DNA of 64,000 nucleotides from Dictyostelium discoideum (Eukaryota), in NCBI GenBank assembly GCA_000004695.1, contig CM000155.2, positions 608,001 to 672,000 on the forward strand, written 5' to 3'. The notes beneath the pieces were generated by a model, which saw only the letters and a program-made list of their open reading frames with translations, was not told the DNA's origin and searched no databases. Position numbers and translations under genes: made by a program. Below, one piece after another: positions 63,101-64,000 of this stretch (positions within the stretch are counted from its first letter, which is position 1; the number at the start of each line of letters is the position of its first letter).

Positions 63101-64000
63101 AAATGCAAATTTTAGCAGGCTTTTCATCAAAAGATGGTTGTGGTCCAGCTGGTCAAGTTGCATCCGAAGCAATATCGGGTATTAGAACAGTTGCATCATT
63201 CACAACCGAGAAACAAGTCGTAGAACTCTATAAGAAACAACAAAAAGGTCCATCATCTGAAGGTATTAAAAAAGCACATATTAGTGGTTTTGCATTTGGT
63301 TTCACTCAATTAATATTGTTTTGTGTTTATTGTTTATCATTTTGGTATGGTGGTAAATTGGTTGGATCTGGTGTTTTTGGTGCAACCGATAAAGAGATCT
63401 CTGATAATTGTACACCACAAACTATACCTTACCTTTGGAAAGATTATGATACTTGTGAACGTGCACAAAATACAATCTATGGTTTCAATTCAATGACTAG
63501 AGTTTTCTTTGCAATTGTTATGTCTGCAATTGGTGTTGGTCAAGCGTCATCATTTGCTCCAGATTTAGCAAAAGCCAAAGCAGCAGCTGTATCAGTTTTT
63601 AAATTATTAGATACTCCATCAAAGATTGACCCAACCACTGAAGATGGTGATAGAATTGATATTGTCGGTGGTGATATTGAATTCAAGAATTTACATTTCT
63701 CTTATCCAACCAGACCTGATAATAGCGTTTTTAGAGGCTTCACTTTAACTTTACAATCTGGTACTACCACTGCATTGGTTGGTGATAGTGGTGGTGGTAA
63801 ATCAACATGTCTATCATTATTACAAAGATTCTATAATCCAGTCGTGGGTGAAATCTTCATCGATGGTCATAATATAAAGAATCTAAATGTTCGTCATCTT
63901 AGACATCTCTTTGGTTTAGTTGGTCAAGAACCAACTCTATTCAGTGGTACAATTGCCGACAATATTCGTTATGGTAAGCATGATGCAACTCAAGAGGAGA
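59903..64000 (+). CDS. ABC transporter, ABCB (MDR / P-glycoprotein-type) full transporter, partial (continues past the window end).
   Basis: Exons: 59903-60651 (acidic/poly-N N-terminal extension, then TM1, ...ETTLW), 60766-60888 (MIAGERQTSRIRREYLESTLRQEIGWFD) and 60975 to >64000. Walker A GDSGGGKST appears twice. Signature LSGGQRQRIAIARA. The second TMD-NBD half is present. Confidence 0.85.

Overview
The window is AT-rich Dictyostelium discoideum-type nuclear DNA. Coding regions are dense in (AAT/AAC/CAA/TTG)n microsatellites that encode poly-N/Q/T, introns are short AT-rich GT..AG, and intergenic spacers carry A/T homopolymers of 30-60 nt. There are five 100-nt N gaps.

Transposon content:
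- Left 5.7 kb: a tRNA-gene-targeted (TRE) non-LTR retrotransposon cluster. A TRE5-like element lies on the minus strand, with ORF1 and an APE-RT ORF2 that runs off the window start. It faces, across an assembly gap, internally deleted TRE3-like copies on the plus strand (intact ORF1, truncated ORF2, poly-A, and duplicated 3' modules).
- About 21.7-25.7 kb: a complete Tdd-4 DNA transposon with terminal inverted repeats. Its multi-intron transposase is integrase-like, with an HHCC zinc finger, a DDE core and a C-terminal SPXX repeat tail.

Cellular genes (most with hand-derived exon models):
- DDHD-type phospholipase.
- RING/TRAF-zinc-finger protein with C-terminal pentapeptide repeats.
- AP-1 sigma adaptin.
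- UFM1.
- A large hypothetical gene.
- A roughly 4.5 kb GATA zinc-finger transcription factor.
- A Rubicon-like protein with RUN and Rubicon-homology domains.
- Mitochondrial GUF1/LepA GTPase.
- A secreted hypothetical protein.
- Three hypothetical proteins on the minus strand (37.3-40.3 kb).
- A 2646-aa Roco-family protein with the domain order RhoGAP, LRR, Roc, COR, kinase-like, RGS, kelch. Its catalytic loop is degenerate.
- A cytochrome P450.
- An RWP-RK transcription factor.
- An ABCB full transporter that runs off the window end.

No rRNA, tRNA or CRISPR was seen. A tRNA gene is predicted to lie in or near the first assembly gap, between the two TRE elements.
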